Origin: Capsulimonadaceae bacterium
GTDB lineage: Bacteria; Armatimonadota; Armatimonadia; Armatimonadales; Capsulimonadaceae
NCBI GenBank assembly: GCA_965215505.1
Contig: OZ244065.1
Location: 5,248,001 to 5,312,000 of the forward strand
DNA length: 64,000 bases
Reading direction: 5' to 3'
The notes beneath the pieces are model-generated. The model did not search any database, was not told the origin of the DNA, and was given only the letters and a program-made list of their open reading frames with translations. Position numbers and translations under genes: made by a program. The first letter of the stretch is position 1. Every line of letters begins with the position of its first letter. This document shows positions 1 through 11,350 of the stretch, piece after piece.

Positions 1-1256
1 ACCAACTTCGCGCCCTTGCTCTGCAAGGCCGCCGCCAGCAGCTCCGCCGTGTTGTCCGTCCCGGCGTTCACCAGCACCGCGACGGGACAGGTGACCGGCG
101 CGTCCGGCGTCAGCGCGATCGGCTGGACCTTTTTGCCCTTGGTCTCGATGTAGCCCAAGGCGGGCGCGGCCGTCAGCCTGGCGGCGATGGCCGCGCTCAC
201 GTCGGTCTGCGCGCGCAGACCGCCAAGCGTGTTGCGGAGGTCGAGGACAAGCCCCTTGGGATCGTTCCCAAAACCCGCCAGGGCCGCCGCGAAGTCCTTG
301 TCGGCCGTGGGAGTGAACTGGGCGATCCTGATGTAGCCGATGCCGCCGGGCAGCGAGCGCGCCGTGATGGGGGAAACCGTCGTCGGGGTGGACGTGTCCA
401 GGGTCAGCGCGACCGGCTGCGCGACGCCCGCGCGCATCACGGTGAGCGCGACCGTCTTGGCGGCGGGGTCGTCCAGCTTGGTCTGGGCGTCGTTCAGAGA
501 AACCGAGTCGTCGATCTTCTTTTGCAGCGCCGTCACCGTCTTGTTGTAGGCGGGGGCGTCGTCCTGCAAGGCCTTCAGCGCCTTGGCCTGATCGTAGATG
601 TACTTGTCGTTATAGACCCACCCGCCGTTAATCATCGTGACCACGTCGCCGGGCTGGACTCCGGCCTTGTCGGCGGGGCCGCCCGGCACGGGGGCGATGA
701 CGACCAGGCGGTACTCGGTGTAAGCAGGGAGGTCCTTCGTCTTGGCGTGGGCGACGCTCCGGACGGCGAGAGGGGCACCGATGCCGAGGTAAGTGCCCCG
801 CGCCTCGTTGCCGAGTTCGGCGACTTCGGGGGCCTCCATGAAGCGCGAGTCGGGGTCCTGGAGCGAGGCGATCATGGCCGCCGCCGCGCCGTGGCCGAAC
901 TTGGCGTCGGTGGGAAGGGTGTCCACATAGTGCGCCTTGACCAGCCGGTAGACCCGCTCGAACGTCGCGCCCGGACCTTCGCCGGTGAGTTCTTCGGAGG
1001 CGTCACCCGCAGCGGGGCCACCCTCCGTCCCCTGGCTCGCCGCAACGGTCACGGGCCGCCCCGGAGCGGAGGCGAGGACGAGGGGCGAACGGGGCGCGGG
1101 GGCCGCCGCCGGGTGATACAGGTTATGGCCGGTGGGCCGGGCGGGGCCGAGGTGCGAACCGGCGGCGAAAGCCCCCGCCGCCAGGGCGCCGACCACGAGG
1201 ACGCCGACAAGACCGGTCGCGTTCCGCTTGCCGTCGCGGGTGGCGTACTCTTTCAA
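1..1256 (-). CDS. S41 family C-terminal processing peptidase-like protein with PDZ domain; 3' end lies beyond the window edge; probably catalytically inactive
   Basis: Not in the ORF track; translated by hand from TTG at 1256 (after GAAGGAAG). N-terminal hydrophobic stretch ([30 protein letters not shown]), then [12 protein letters not shown] and [22 protein letters not shown], matching the S41 DLRxNxGG and VLVNxxSASASE motifs. Confidence 0.8.
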   Translation of the reverse strand, partial: MKEYATRDGKRNATGLVGVLVVGALAAGAFAAGSHLGPARPTGHNLYHPAAAPAPRSPLVLASAPGRPVTVAASQGTEGGPAAGDASEELTGEGPGATFERVYRLVKAHYVDTLPTDAKFGHGAAAAMIASLQDPDSRFMEAPEVAELGNEARGTYLGIGAPLAVRSVAHAKTKDLPAYTEYRLVVIAPVPGGPADKAGVQPGDVVTMINGGWVYNDKYIYDQAKALKALQDDAPAYNKTVTALQKKIDDSVSLNDAQTKLDDPAAKTVALTVMRAGVAQPVALTLDTSTPTTVSPITARSLPGGIGYIRIAQFTPTADKDFAAALAGFGNDPKGLVLDLRNTLGGLRAQTDVSAAIAARLTAAPALGYIETKGKKVQPIALTPDAPVTCPVAVLVNAGTDNTAELLAAALQSKGAKL

Positions 1257-1541
1257 ATTCTGCTTCCTTCTTTAGCGCCCCGCGGCCGCAGGGCGGCGGG
1301 AGTCGTGACCGAGATAGAGACATTCTCTTCAACAAGAATGGGCGGAGGACGGTTCCATGAGGGCACGCCCGAGAGCCAAAAAGACGCAATGCATTATACC
1401 ACTGTGCCCGGCCCGAGTCAACGCGGGCTTGTGCCGCGAATCGGCGCGGTTTCGGGTATCATAAACGCGGGACTCCCCTGCGTTTACGCGACCGCCGCCG
1501 CGCCGGGTTCCCGCACTCAGGAAGGATCTCCAATCCCGCTG

Positions 1542-3452
<1,911 letters not shown>

Positions 3453-3453
3453 A

Positions 3454-3837
3454 CTAACCCCGGCGCGAGCGCCGACCCTTCCCTGTTAGGGAAGGGGGAA
3501 GATCGACCATGAGGCAGCAAAATGGTGAACCACCAGTCTAGATGGAAAGTCCGGCTTGAAATCGCTGGCGATGGGGCGCTTCTCGGCGTCTTCTTGCTGG
3601 TCATGCTCCTCCTAATGTTGCCCCCGTTTCCGGTCGTTATGTGGACGGGTTCTTCCGGCGACTGGCTGAATGTCTTGCTCTACACCGCCTGCGCTGTAGC
3701 CATCGTGCGCTCACTCTATCGAGGATTTTCTGGCAAAACTCATAAGAAATCATAGCTGTTCTCAAATGGTCCCACTGCACAATGTTTGGCTTCACCCTTC
3801 CCTAACAGGGAAGGGTCGGCGCTCGCGCCGAGGTTAG
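3454..3837. repeat. Pair of 48-bp inverted REP-like repeats (3454-3501 and 3790-3837) bracketing a small ORF
   Basis: The reverse complement of the left arm matches the right arm at 46/48 nt; each arm contains the palindrome CCCTTCCCT-N3-AGGGAAGGG. Confidence 0.9.
3522..3755 (+). CDS. Small two-TM membrane protein, hypothetical
   Basis: 77-aa ORF with two hydrophobic segments; visibly more AT-rich than flanking genes. Confidence 0.55.
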   Translation: MVNHQSRWKVRLEIAGDGALLGVFLLVMLLLMLPPFPVVMWTGSSGDWLNVLLYTACAVAIVRSLYRGFSGKTHKKS

Positions 3838-3840
3838 GTC

Positions 3841-4452
3841 ATGTTCATCACCTTCGAGGGAGTGGAGGGCGCGGGCAAGACCACCCAGATCGCCCGGCTG
3901 GCGGCCCGGCTGCACGCGGGGGGCCGTCAGGACGTGCTGACCACGCGCGAGCCGGGCGACGGCCCGCTCGGCCAGGAGCTTCGCGCCCTCGCCCTGCACC
4001 CGCCGATGGGCATGGTCGTCGAGCCGCGCGCCGAGCTGCTCATCATGCTGGCCGACCGCGCCCAGCACGTCGGCCAGGTCATCCGGCCCCACCTCGCGGG
4101 CGGCGGCATCGTCATCTGTGACCGCTACGGTGACTCGAGCGTCGCCTATCAGGGACACGGCCGGGGCCTGGATGTCGGCGAGATCGTGCGCCTCAACGAG
4201 TACGCGACCGATGGCCTCCTGCCCGACCTGACTGTCCTACTGGACCTCGACCCGGCCGTCGGGCTGGCCCGGCAGCGGGAGCGCAGCGTCATGGAAGACC
4301 AGGCCCTGCCGTTCCACCAGCGCATCCGGGCCGGCTTCCTGGCCCTGGCCCGGTCCGCGCCCGCCCGCTGGCTCGTCCTGGACTCGGCCCGCCCGCCTGA
4401 GACGGTCCACGAGGACATCTGGGCGGCCGTCTCGGCTCGCCTTCCCGCCTAA
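3841..4452 (+). CDS. tmk: Thymidylate kinase
   Basis: MFITFEGVEGAGKTTQ, TREPG, ICDRY..SS.AYQG motifs. Confidence 0.97.
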   Translation: MFITFEGVEGAGKTTQIARLAARLHAGGRQDVLTTREPGDGPLGQELRALALHPPMGMVVEPRAELLIMLADRAQHVGQVIRPHLAGGGIVICDRYGDSSVAYQGHGRGLDVGEIVRLNEYATDGLLPDLTVLLDLDPAVGLARQRERSVMEDQALPFHQRIRAGFLALARSAPARWLVLDSARPPETVHEDIWAAVSARLPA

Positions 4453-4790
4453 TGAAACTCATTATCGCCATCACGCACGAGCGCGACAAACAGAAGCTAG
4501 CGGACGCCTTGCTGCAAGAGGGCCTGAGTTTCACCAAGCTCGGCAGCACGGGCGGCTTCCTGCGCCAGGGCAACGTCACCATCCTCATCGGCGTCGAGGA
4601 CGAGGACGCCGGGCGCGTTTTGGGCGTCATCAAAGACGCCTGCCGGACGTCCGAAGGCTTCGTCAACCTGCCCGGCCAGATGGTCGGCAGCGTCCCCGCC
4701 CTGGGCGCGTTCGCCCCGCACCCGGTCCGCGTCGAGGCCGGCGGCGCGGTTGCCTTCGTCTTGACCGTTGACAGCTTCGAGCGGTTCTGA
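4452..4790 (+). CDS. darA: Cyclic-di-AMP receptor, PII-like (DarA/PstA/YaaQ)
   Basis: MKLIIAI, TKLGSTGGFLRQGNVTILIG, GGAVAFVL..DSFERF; position between tmk and holB. Confidence 0.88.
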   Translation: MKLIIAITHERDKQKLADALLQEGLSFTKLGSTGGFLRQGNVTILIGVEDEDAGRVLGVIKDACRTSEGFVNLPGQMVGSVPALGAFAPHPVRVEAGGAVAFVLTVDSFERF

Positions 4791-4796
4791 GCGTTG

Positions 4797-4948
4797 CCCC
4801 CACCCCCGGTACTGCGTACCGACCCCTACCCCCGCAAGCGGGAGAGGGGTAGAGAAGGCTAACGCACTACCGATTTCCATTCTCATTTCCATTCTCAAGA
4901 CTCCTGCTCCCCTCTCCCGCTTGCGGGGGCAGGGGCGGGGGGTGGGGG
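4797..4948. repeat. Inverted pair of REP-like GC-rich palindromes (about 4797-4849 and 4907-4948)
   Basis: CCCCCACCCCC...CCCCGCAAGCGGGAGAGGGG faces CCCCTCTCCCGCTTGCGGGGG...GGGGGTGGGGG; the spacer carries ATTTCCATTCTC twice. Confidence 0.85.
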
Positions 4949-4957
4949 TCCTCATCC

Positions 4958-6037
4958 ATGTTCCAAAACATCCTCGGACAGCCTTACGCCGTGCGCGTGC
5001 TGGAAAACGCCCTGGAGAACGACCGCCTGGCCGGGTCGTACCTGTTCGTCGGCCCGGATGGGGTGGGGAAGGCGACGGCGGCGCGGCAGTTCGCCAAGCT
5101 GCTCTGCGGCGCGTCCACCGACACGGACCCGCTGGCCCGCGCCATTGACGCGGGGACGCTCCCCGATGTCCGCAGCCTCGACCCTCCCCCCTCCCACATC
5201 ACCAGCATCGCGCAGGTCTGGCCCCGACAGGGCCACAAAGACCATCCCCCCGATAATGCCCTGCTGCGCGACTTACAGTACGAGCCGATCTCCGCCCGCA
5301 AGCGCGTCTTCATCATCCATGACGCCGAGGGCCTGGGGCGCGGCGGCGCGGATGCCGGGAACAGCCTGCTGAAGACCCTGGAAGAGCCGCCCGCCTACGC
5401 CCACTTCCTGCTCACGGCGGCCTCGACCGGCGGCGTCATGCCCACTATCGTCTCCCGCTGCCAGGTCGTCCACTTCGGCCTGCTGCCCGCCGGGGAGATC
5501 GAGAGCGCCCTGCAATCCCGCTTCGGCGTCGCCCCCGCCCAGGCGCGCTTCCTGGCCGCCTATTCCGAAGGGAGACTGGGCCGCGCCGTCGCCCTGGCCC
5601 GCTCGCCCGCGCTGCTGTCTGGCCGCGAGGCCCTGCTGGACCTGGCCCACGACCTGCTGACGGCCCCGCCGATCAAGAGCTTCAAGCTGGGCGAGGAGTT
5701 CCGCAAGCTGGCCCCGAAGCTGAAGGCGGCGGGCGACGACGAGGCGGCGGAGGGGGCCGAGGAGAAGACGGGCCGGGAGCCGCTGACGCGGGCTTTGGAC
5801 CTCCTGGCGAGCTACTTCCGGGACGTCCTCTCTGCCGCCGTCGTGGGTCCGGCGCGGGCGTCCCTGGTGAATGTGGATCGGCGCGAGGAGATTCTGGGGC
5901 TGGTCGGCCGCTACCCCGCCGAGAGGACTGAGCGCGCCCTCGCCTTGCTGCTTGAGGTCCGGCAGGCCATCGAGCGCAACGCGAACAGCCAGCTCGCGCT
6001 GGATGTCCTGTTCACGCAGGTGGCGATGCTGACCTAG
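4958..6037 (+). CDS. holB: DNA polymerase III subunit delta'
   Basis: ILGQ, YLFVGPDGVGK, NSLLKTLEEPP, PTIVSRCQ motifs; follows tmk. Confidence 0.92.
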   Translation: MFQNILGQPYAVRVLENALENDRLAGSYLFVGPDGVGKATAARQFAKLLCGASTDTDPLARAIDAGTLPDVRSLDPPPSHITSIAQVWPRQGHKDHPPDNALLRDLQYEPISARKRVFIIHDAEGLGRGGADAGNSLLKTLEEPPAYAHFLLTAASTGGVMPTIVSRCQVVHFGLLPAGEIESALQSRFGVAPAQARFLAAYSEGRLGRAVALARSPALLSGREALLDLAHDLLTAPPIKSFKLGEEFRKLAPKLKAAGDDEAAEGAEEKTGREPLTRALDLLASYFRDVLSAAVVGPARASLVNVDRREEILGLVGRYPAERTERALALLLEVRQAIERNANSQLALDVLFTQVAMLT

Positions 6038-6495
6038 CGCCGGATCACCGCCCCGCCCTGCGCCACCTTCTCTAGCTCCGCCGACGCCTCCATCCGCACA
6101 CTGGAGTCGGCGTCCTTCGTCGCCAGGTCCGCCAGCGTCGCTTTGGCCGACAGACACTCCAGTGGGCGTTTGTAGCTGATGCCGGGCTGCTGGAGGATCA
6201 TGCCGATCCGCCTGACCGCTTCCAGGCGCGAGCCTGTACGGGTGTCGCGCGCCCTCCTCTCCAGGGCGGGCAGATAGTCCACCCCCGGCGTCGCCCGGTC
6301 GGGCACGTTCGCGCCGGCAAGCGCCTCCTCGCGCGGCCCGTCCACTGCGTAATACTTCACCACATAGACGGCGGGGGCAAGGAAAAGCGCCATACTGACG
6401 GCGAATGTGATCCGCATCAGCCACTTCCAGAAGGGCGGCAGAGTCGGCCTGGGCGGGGGAGGCTCATTCGGGGCTGGAGATGGTTGGGACGACAT
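6034..6495 (-). CDS. Hypothetical membrane-anchored protein with HEAT-like helices
   Basis: One TM helix, then RLEAVRRIG and DADSSVRMEASAEL. Confidence 0.6.
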   Translation of the reverse strand: MSSQPSPAPNEPPPPRPTLPPFWKWLMRITFAVSMALFLAPAVYVVKYYAVDGPREEALAGANVPDRATPGVDYLPALERRARDTRTGSRLEAVRRIGMILQQPGISYKRPLECLSAKATLADLATKDADSSVRMEASAELEKVAQGGAVIRR

Positions 6496-6512
6496 GCCTC
6501 CATTGTACCCGC

Positions 6513-7751
6513 CTAGAACCGCAGCAGTACCTGGAACGTCAGCCGGTGCCGCACCTGCCCGCCCATGTCGCGAGGCACGTCGCGTAGATACTGGTACAGG
6601 CCCCGGAAGGTCAGGTTCGCGCTGGAAGCGTAGGTCAGGCCCAGCGACTCGCGTGAGGCGCTGCTGTTGCCCGTCGGGTACACGAACAGCGACTGCGAGA
6701 GGGCCACGCTGGTACGGCCGGTGAACCGGTAGTCCCCTTCCCCGTAGTACCCCAGCACGCGCTGGTCGCCGTCCGCCCCTACGACGACCTCGCCGCGCGC
6801 CGTGGTCCGGTGGAAGCCGTAAGAGGCGTCGCCGCCGATTCGGCTCTTGCTGGTGAAGCCGCCGCGGTCCGCGCGGACGCGCCCCGAGGGGGGCAGCTCG
6901 ACGGCGAAGGGATTAGCGGCCGTCAGGTCGGTGATCGGCAGCCGCCCTTGCAGGAGTGACCCGCCGACGTTGACGACGCCGTTGCGGGTCGTGAAGGTCC
7001 GGCCCAGCCGGAAGGTCACGACGCGGTTCGGATTCACGTCCAGGTGATTCGGCCCGGTGCCGGTCGTCAGGGAGAAGTCGTAGTTGAGGTAGCCATAGAG
7101 CCGGCCCGAGAGCGCCAGCCCGAAGTCCGTCCGCAGGCCGAGCGACTGGGCGTAGAGCGGCTGGAGGATCAGCAGGTGCGGGTCGTACACCGCCAGCAGG
7201 CCGAACGGGATCTGGAACTGGCCCGCCTTCAGGTAGGCCGTCGAGTTGAAGTCCCGCTCGACCGGCAGCCGGTAGAGTACATAGGCTTCCCCGATCTGGA
7301 TGTCCTTCCCGTGCCCGACGTCGGGTGGGTCCTCCGCGATGACCTGGAAGAATACGTTGCCGCGTGCCTCGCCCTTGCGCGAGATCCGGTGCTGCAAGTC
7401 CAGCTCGGCCGTGTTGACCCAGACGCCGCCGCGCCGGCCCGTGTCGGACGTGCGCGTGCGGACGTCCAGCGCGCCGTTGACCAGCGCGCCGTGCCCGAGC
7501 GGGATGGGGTCGGGCAGCGGGACTTCGGGCGGCGGCTGGTCGGTCGCCGGCGGCAGCGAGGGACCGTCGGCGTCCGCGTCCGGCGATCGCAGATGGGGCG
7601 CGGCGGCCGTGGGGCCGGCGGCTGGCGCGGCTGGCGGCGCGGGCGCTTGACTCCGGGCGGCCAGGGGCGTCAGGAGCAGAGCCGCGCAGGCGGACAGGAC
7701 GGGGCTAAATCGAGGAAAAAATGGCATCAGCGGGCTAATCTCACTGGACAA
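6513..7751 (-). CDS. Outer-membrane beta-barrel (porin-like) protein; start may be 7727
   Basis: Signal peptide, Pro-rich linker, KAGQFQIPFG motif, alternating beta-strand pattern, C-terminal Phe (LTFQVLLRF). Confidence 0.7.
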   Translation of the reverse strand: MSSEISPLMPFFPRFSPVLSACAALLLTPLAARSQAPAPPAAPAAGPTAAAPHLRSPDADADGPSLPPATDQPPPEVPLPDPIPLGHGALVNGALDVRTRTSDTGRRGGVWVNTAELDLQHRISRKGEARGNVFFQVIAEDPPDVGHGKDIQIGEAYVLYRLPVERDFNSTAYLKAGQFQIPFGLLAVYDPHLLILQPLYAQSLGLRTDFGLALSGRLYGYLNYDFSLTTGTGPNHLDVNPNRVVTFRLGRTFTTRNGVVNVGGSLLQGRLPITDLTAANPFAVELPPSGRVRADRGGFTSKSRIGGDASYGFHRTTARGEVVVGADGDQRVLGYYGEGDYRFTGRTSVALSQSLFVYPTGNSSASRESLGLTYASSANLTFRGLYQYLRDVPRDMGGQVRHRLTFQVLLRF

Positions 7752-7912
7752 ACAGATGGGGGCATTCCTGGAAGCGGCTTTCTCTTGACACAGGGGCGTG
7801 ATTGTGACACAATGACAGACAGTTCATCTCCCGCAGATGTTTCACGAATTTCGGAACGACCCGTGCCCACCCAGACCACGCGCCGACGCGCAAAGATAGG
7901 CTTCCACCCTTG

Positions 7913-10519
7913 ATGGACTCCGCACCCAGCGCGCCCGTGATGACACTGGCCGAGCCGGCTGAAACCGCCGGGGAAGCGCCCGCCGCCAGCCAGGCCGACG
8001 CCCAGACCCAGGCCGATGCTCAGGCCGACACCCCGACCCGCGACGGGGGACTGGACCAGCACCTGGTCGCCCTGCATGAAGTCGTCGGGGCCGTCGCCCG
8101 CCAGAGCGACCCGCGCGCAACGCTGGCCCTCATCGCCGAGAAGGCCCGCCTCCTGACCGGCGCGGCCTCCGCCGCCGTCAGCCTCCTCGACGCCTCCCAG
8201 ACGCTGCTCGACTTCGCCGCCGTGGCCGGGGCGGACGCCGCCGACATCCTCGGCCAGACCGTGCGCGTCGCGGACGCCCTGGCCGGGCGGACCGCGCTGA
8301 CCGGCGAAGTATTCCTCACCCACAACCCCGACCCGAGCCAGCCCGAGGCCGGCACCGCCGACCCCACGGTCGCCGTCGGCGTGGGCGTCCGCTCGGCCAT
8401 GGTGGTGCCCCTTTATCTGGAAGGCAAGCCCGCCGGTGCCCTTTCCGTGCTGAACCGGCGCGGCGAGGGCGCGTTCAGCGGCGGCGACCTGCTCCGCCTC
8501 CAGACCCTGGCCGGCCTCGCCGCCCAGGCCCTGCGGCTGGACGGCCTGAAGCGGCAGGCGGCCCAGAAGCAGCAGGAACGCGACATCCTCTTCCGGGCCG
8601 CCCAGACCACTTCCTCGTCGCTGAACGTCCAGGACGTCCTGACCAGTGTGCTGGGCACCGTCTCGGGCAGCATGGACATGACGGCGGGGGCGGTCTATTT
8701 GCTCAACGACGAGCGGAACCGGCTCTATATCGGCGCGCACCGGGGCTTGGCCGAGGAGGACCAGGACCGGCAGCTCGCCGCCGACGGCACCAGTCAGGCC
8801 GCCCGTGCCCTCGCCTCCGGCCAGCCCCTGCGAGTCAATGATGTCGAGGAGAACGGCCCGGAAGACCTGCCGCTGCCGGGGATGCGCTCCCTCCTGCTCG
8901 CCCCCATGGTCGCCCGCTCCATCCCCGAAGGGCTTCTGGTCGTCGGCTCGCGCCAGGCGGGTGCCTACAGTGCTGCCGACGCCTCCCTGCTGTCCGCCGT
9001 CGCCAGTCAGGCCGCCGTCGCCCTGGAAAACGCCTGGCTCTATGAGGACGCCACGCGCCGCGCGCAGGAGGCCGCCGCCCTGTACGAGCTGTCCCAGTCG
9101 GTCGGGGCCACCCTGAACCTCAACCGCATGATCCACTTCGTCGCGGACAGCGTCCTGGCCCTGCTGCATGTGGACAAGTTCGCCCTGTTCCTCTATGACC
9201 CGGCCACGGACTGCCTCGAGATCAAGGTGTCCCGCAACATCCGCCGCGAGGCGGCCCAGGCCATGAAGCCGCGCATGGGCGAGGGCATCGCCGGGTGGGT
9301 GCTGGAGTTCGAGACGCCGACCGCCGTGCAGGACGTCGGGGCGGACCACCGCAACCGCTCCTGCCCCATCGACAACGAAGGGGTCACATCGCTCGTCAGC
9401 GTCCCGCTCCAGTCCGGCGACCACGTCATCGGGGTCCTCCACGCCATGAGCAGCCGCCGCCGCCTGTTCACCGTCGGCGAGATGGAGCTGCTCTATACCA
9501 TCGCCAACCAGACCGGGGCCGCCATCGCCAACGCCCGGATGTACGATGAGGCGCGGCAGAAGTCCGAGGAGATCCGCAAAGGCGTCCAGCGCATTGCCCG
9601 CGCCCTCGGCTCCTCCCTCGACGGCCGGCGCACCGCCCAGACCATCGCCGACCTCGCCCTGGAGATGACCGGGGCCGACCGCGCCCTGCTGTTCGCTTTG
9701 GACGCCCAGGGTACGCTCAGCGCACGGGCCGCCGTCAACTTCAAGTCCGCCCTCGCCGGGCTTGCCCCCATCCCCCTGTCGGACGGCGGGCGCGGCCCGG
9801 AAACGGCCACCTCCTTCGTCGCCCGGCGCGGGCGCTCACTGACCATCGAAGACTTCGCCAAAGACATGCGCTTCGTCCTCCCCGCCTTCGCCGCCCGTGA
9901 GCGCGTCGTGGGCTACCTCGGCGTGCCCCTGAAACTCGGGAAGGACGTGCTGGGCGTCCTGGAGGTCTACACGCGCGAGCCTCGGCGCTTCACGCCCGAC
10001 GAGATGCGCCTGATGATCACCTTCGCCAGCCAGGCCAGCGTGGGCCTGCAAAACGCGCTCCTGGTGGAGCAGGCCGGGCACCGCCTGGACGACCTCCAGG
10101 CGCTTGGGACCCTGGCCGAGATGGTGGCCCGGCGTCGGCCCGACGCGGAACTTTTCCCCACCGCTCTCCGTCTGCTGGGGGAAGCCGCCCGTGCCGACGC
10201 CGGGGTCCTCCGGCTGTACGCGCCGCTGGACCGTGCGGACGTCTACCGGCGAGGCGAGCGGGACGAAGACGGCCGGGAGATGGAGGCGCTGCTGCGTGAC
10301 CTGGCCGGCTTAGTGGAGGGCGCGGAGCAGACCGCGCCCGCTTCGCTCGACCACGCGATGCCGACGCTGGTCGCGCCGATCCCCGCCTCGCCCGGCCGGC
10401 CCGCGTGGGGCGTGCTGATCCTGGTCCGTGCGCCCCAGCACCCCGGATTCGATGGCCACGAGCGCCGCCTGGCGGAGACGGCGGCGAACCTGCTCTCGGC
10501 CCGCCTGAACCCCGTCTGA
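7913..10519 (+). CDS. Multi-GAF-domain protein with no recognisable output domain
   Basis: Four clear GAF repeats (S..VPL...G..G.L.V...F...E..LL...A.QAA.ALENA.L) plus a degenerate fifth; no HisKA, GGDEF or PP2C motifs. Confidence 0.85.
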   Translation: MDSAPSAPVMTLAEPAETAGEAPAASQADAQTQADAQADTPTRDGGLDQHLVALHEVVGAVARQSDPRATLALIAEKARLLTGAASAAVSLLDASQTLLDFAAVAGADAADILGQTVRVADALAGRTALTGEVFLTHNPDPSQPEAGTADPTVAVGVGVRSAMVVPLYLEGKPAGALSVLNRRGEGAFSGGDLLRLQTLAGLAAQALRLDGLKRQAAQKQQERDILFRAAQTTSSSLNVQDVLTSVLGTVSGSMDMTAGAVYLLNDERNRLYIGAHRGLAEEDQDRQLAADGTSQAARALASGQPLRVNDVEENGPEDLPLPGMRSLLLAPMVARSIPEGLLVVGSRQAGAYSAADASLLSAVASQAAVALENAWLYEDATRRAQEAAALYELSQSVGATLNLNRMIHFVADSVLALLHVDKFALFLYDPATDCLEIKVSRNIRREAAQAMKPRMGEGIAGWVLEFETPTAVQDVGADHRNRSCPIDNEGVTSLVSVPLQSGDHVIGVLHAMSSRRRLFTVGEMELLYTIANQTGAAIANARMYDEARQKSEEIRKGVQRIARALGSSLDGRRTAQTIADLALEMTGADRALLFALDAQGTLSARAAVNFKSALAGLAPIPLSDGGRGPETATSFVARRGRSLTIEDFAKDMRFVLPAFAARERVVGYLGVPLKLGKDVLGVLEVYTREPRRFTPDEMRLMITFASQASVGLQNALLVEQAGHRLDDLQALGTLAEMVARRRPDAELFPTALRLLGEAARADAGVLRLYAPLDRADVYRRGERDEDGREMEALLRDLAGLVEGAEQTAPASLDHAMPTLVAPIPASPGRPAWGVLILVRAPQHPGFDGHERRLAETAANLLSARLNPV

Positions 10520-10654
10520 GGCCCCCGCCTGGCTGGAGGCTTTGTAACCTTCCCGCAACCTGATGCCGCGATGTCCGTGCTGATATCGGACCATTAGCGG
10601 GTAGAGTTATGGATATACCCCCGCAAATACTGCCGCACCCACTGAAAGCGCCCA

Positions 10655-11119
10655 ATGCCGGAACAAACCATCGGTCAACCTCTGAGCAGTACCCTCCGCA
10701 TCGAAGTCCCCGCCACGGCGGAGAACGTGGGTCGGGCGCGGCGCGCGGTCGCCGGATTCCTGCGCGACTGGGCCTGGGAGGCGGATGACGCCGACTCGCT
10801 CCTGCTCGCCGTAGGCGAGGCCTGTAATAACGCCGTCAACTACGGCGGCCAGGGCCAGGCCAACCCGCGCCTGACCGTCTGCTGCCTGTCTCTGGACGGC
10901 TGCCGGCTTCAGGTGGATGTCCGCAACCAGGGCAATGGCTTTCACCCAGACCTGGACGTGTGCGGCCTGATGCCCGACGCTGACTTCGCAACGCACGGCC
11001 GGGGCTTCGGTCTCATGCTGGCCCTCGTGGACGATGTCCAGGTCCTCGCGGACGGGGATAACACCGTCGTGCGCCTGACCAAATCCAGGGCTGCCGGCTC
11101 AGTCCTCCCGAGATCATAG
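10655..11119 (+). CDS. Anti-sigma factor / Ser-Thr kinase, RsbW-like (HATPase_c_2)
   Basis: LAVGEACNNAVNYG (N box), VRNQGNGF, HGRGFGLMLALVDDV. Confidence 0.88.
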   Translation: MPEQTIGQPLSSTLRIEVPATAENVGRARRAVAGFLRDWAWEADDADSLLLAVGEACNNAVNYGGQGQANPRLTVCCLSLDGCRLQVDVRNQGNGFHPDLDVCGLMPDADFATHGRGFGLMLALVDDVQVLADGDNTVVRLTKSRAAGSVLPRS

Positions 11120-11171
11120 GCCGAAAATCGCCGTTATTTTTTTGCCAGGTCGGCTGAATCCCGTTTATATC

Positions 11172-11350
11172 TGGTATACTGTAAGCGAAACCGGGTTTCC
11201 CCCGGCAATTTCCTTCTTGCATCGGTCCGCTGCCTTCCGCTACGACTTCCTCGGCTCCTTCGGCTTCATTTCCGTCGTGTCTTTGAAATCTCCCGTGACG
11301 GCCTCACTGCTTGCGCGAGGAATCTGATACGCGAAAGGAGCCATTCCCTT
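11172..11350 (+). promoter_or_regulatory. Extended -10 promoter and ~165-nt 5' leader of RRM gene 1, conserved with the leader of RRM gene 2
   Basis: TGGTATACT at 11172-11180; ordered sequence blocks shared with 57248-57477 (minus strand). Confidence 0.65.

Noticed and set aside
522-1541. N-terminal 340 aa of the tracked 976-aa ORF
   Set aside because: Antisense shadow of the S41 gene plus intergenic DNA; a better start with an RBS is at 1542
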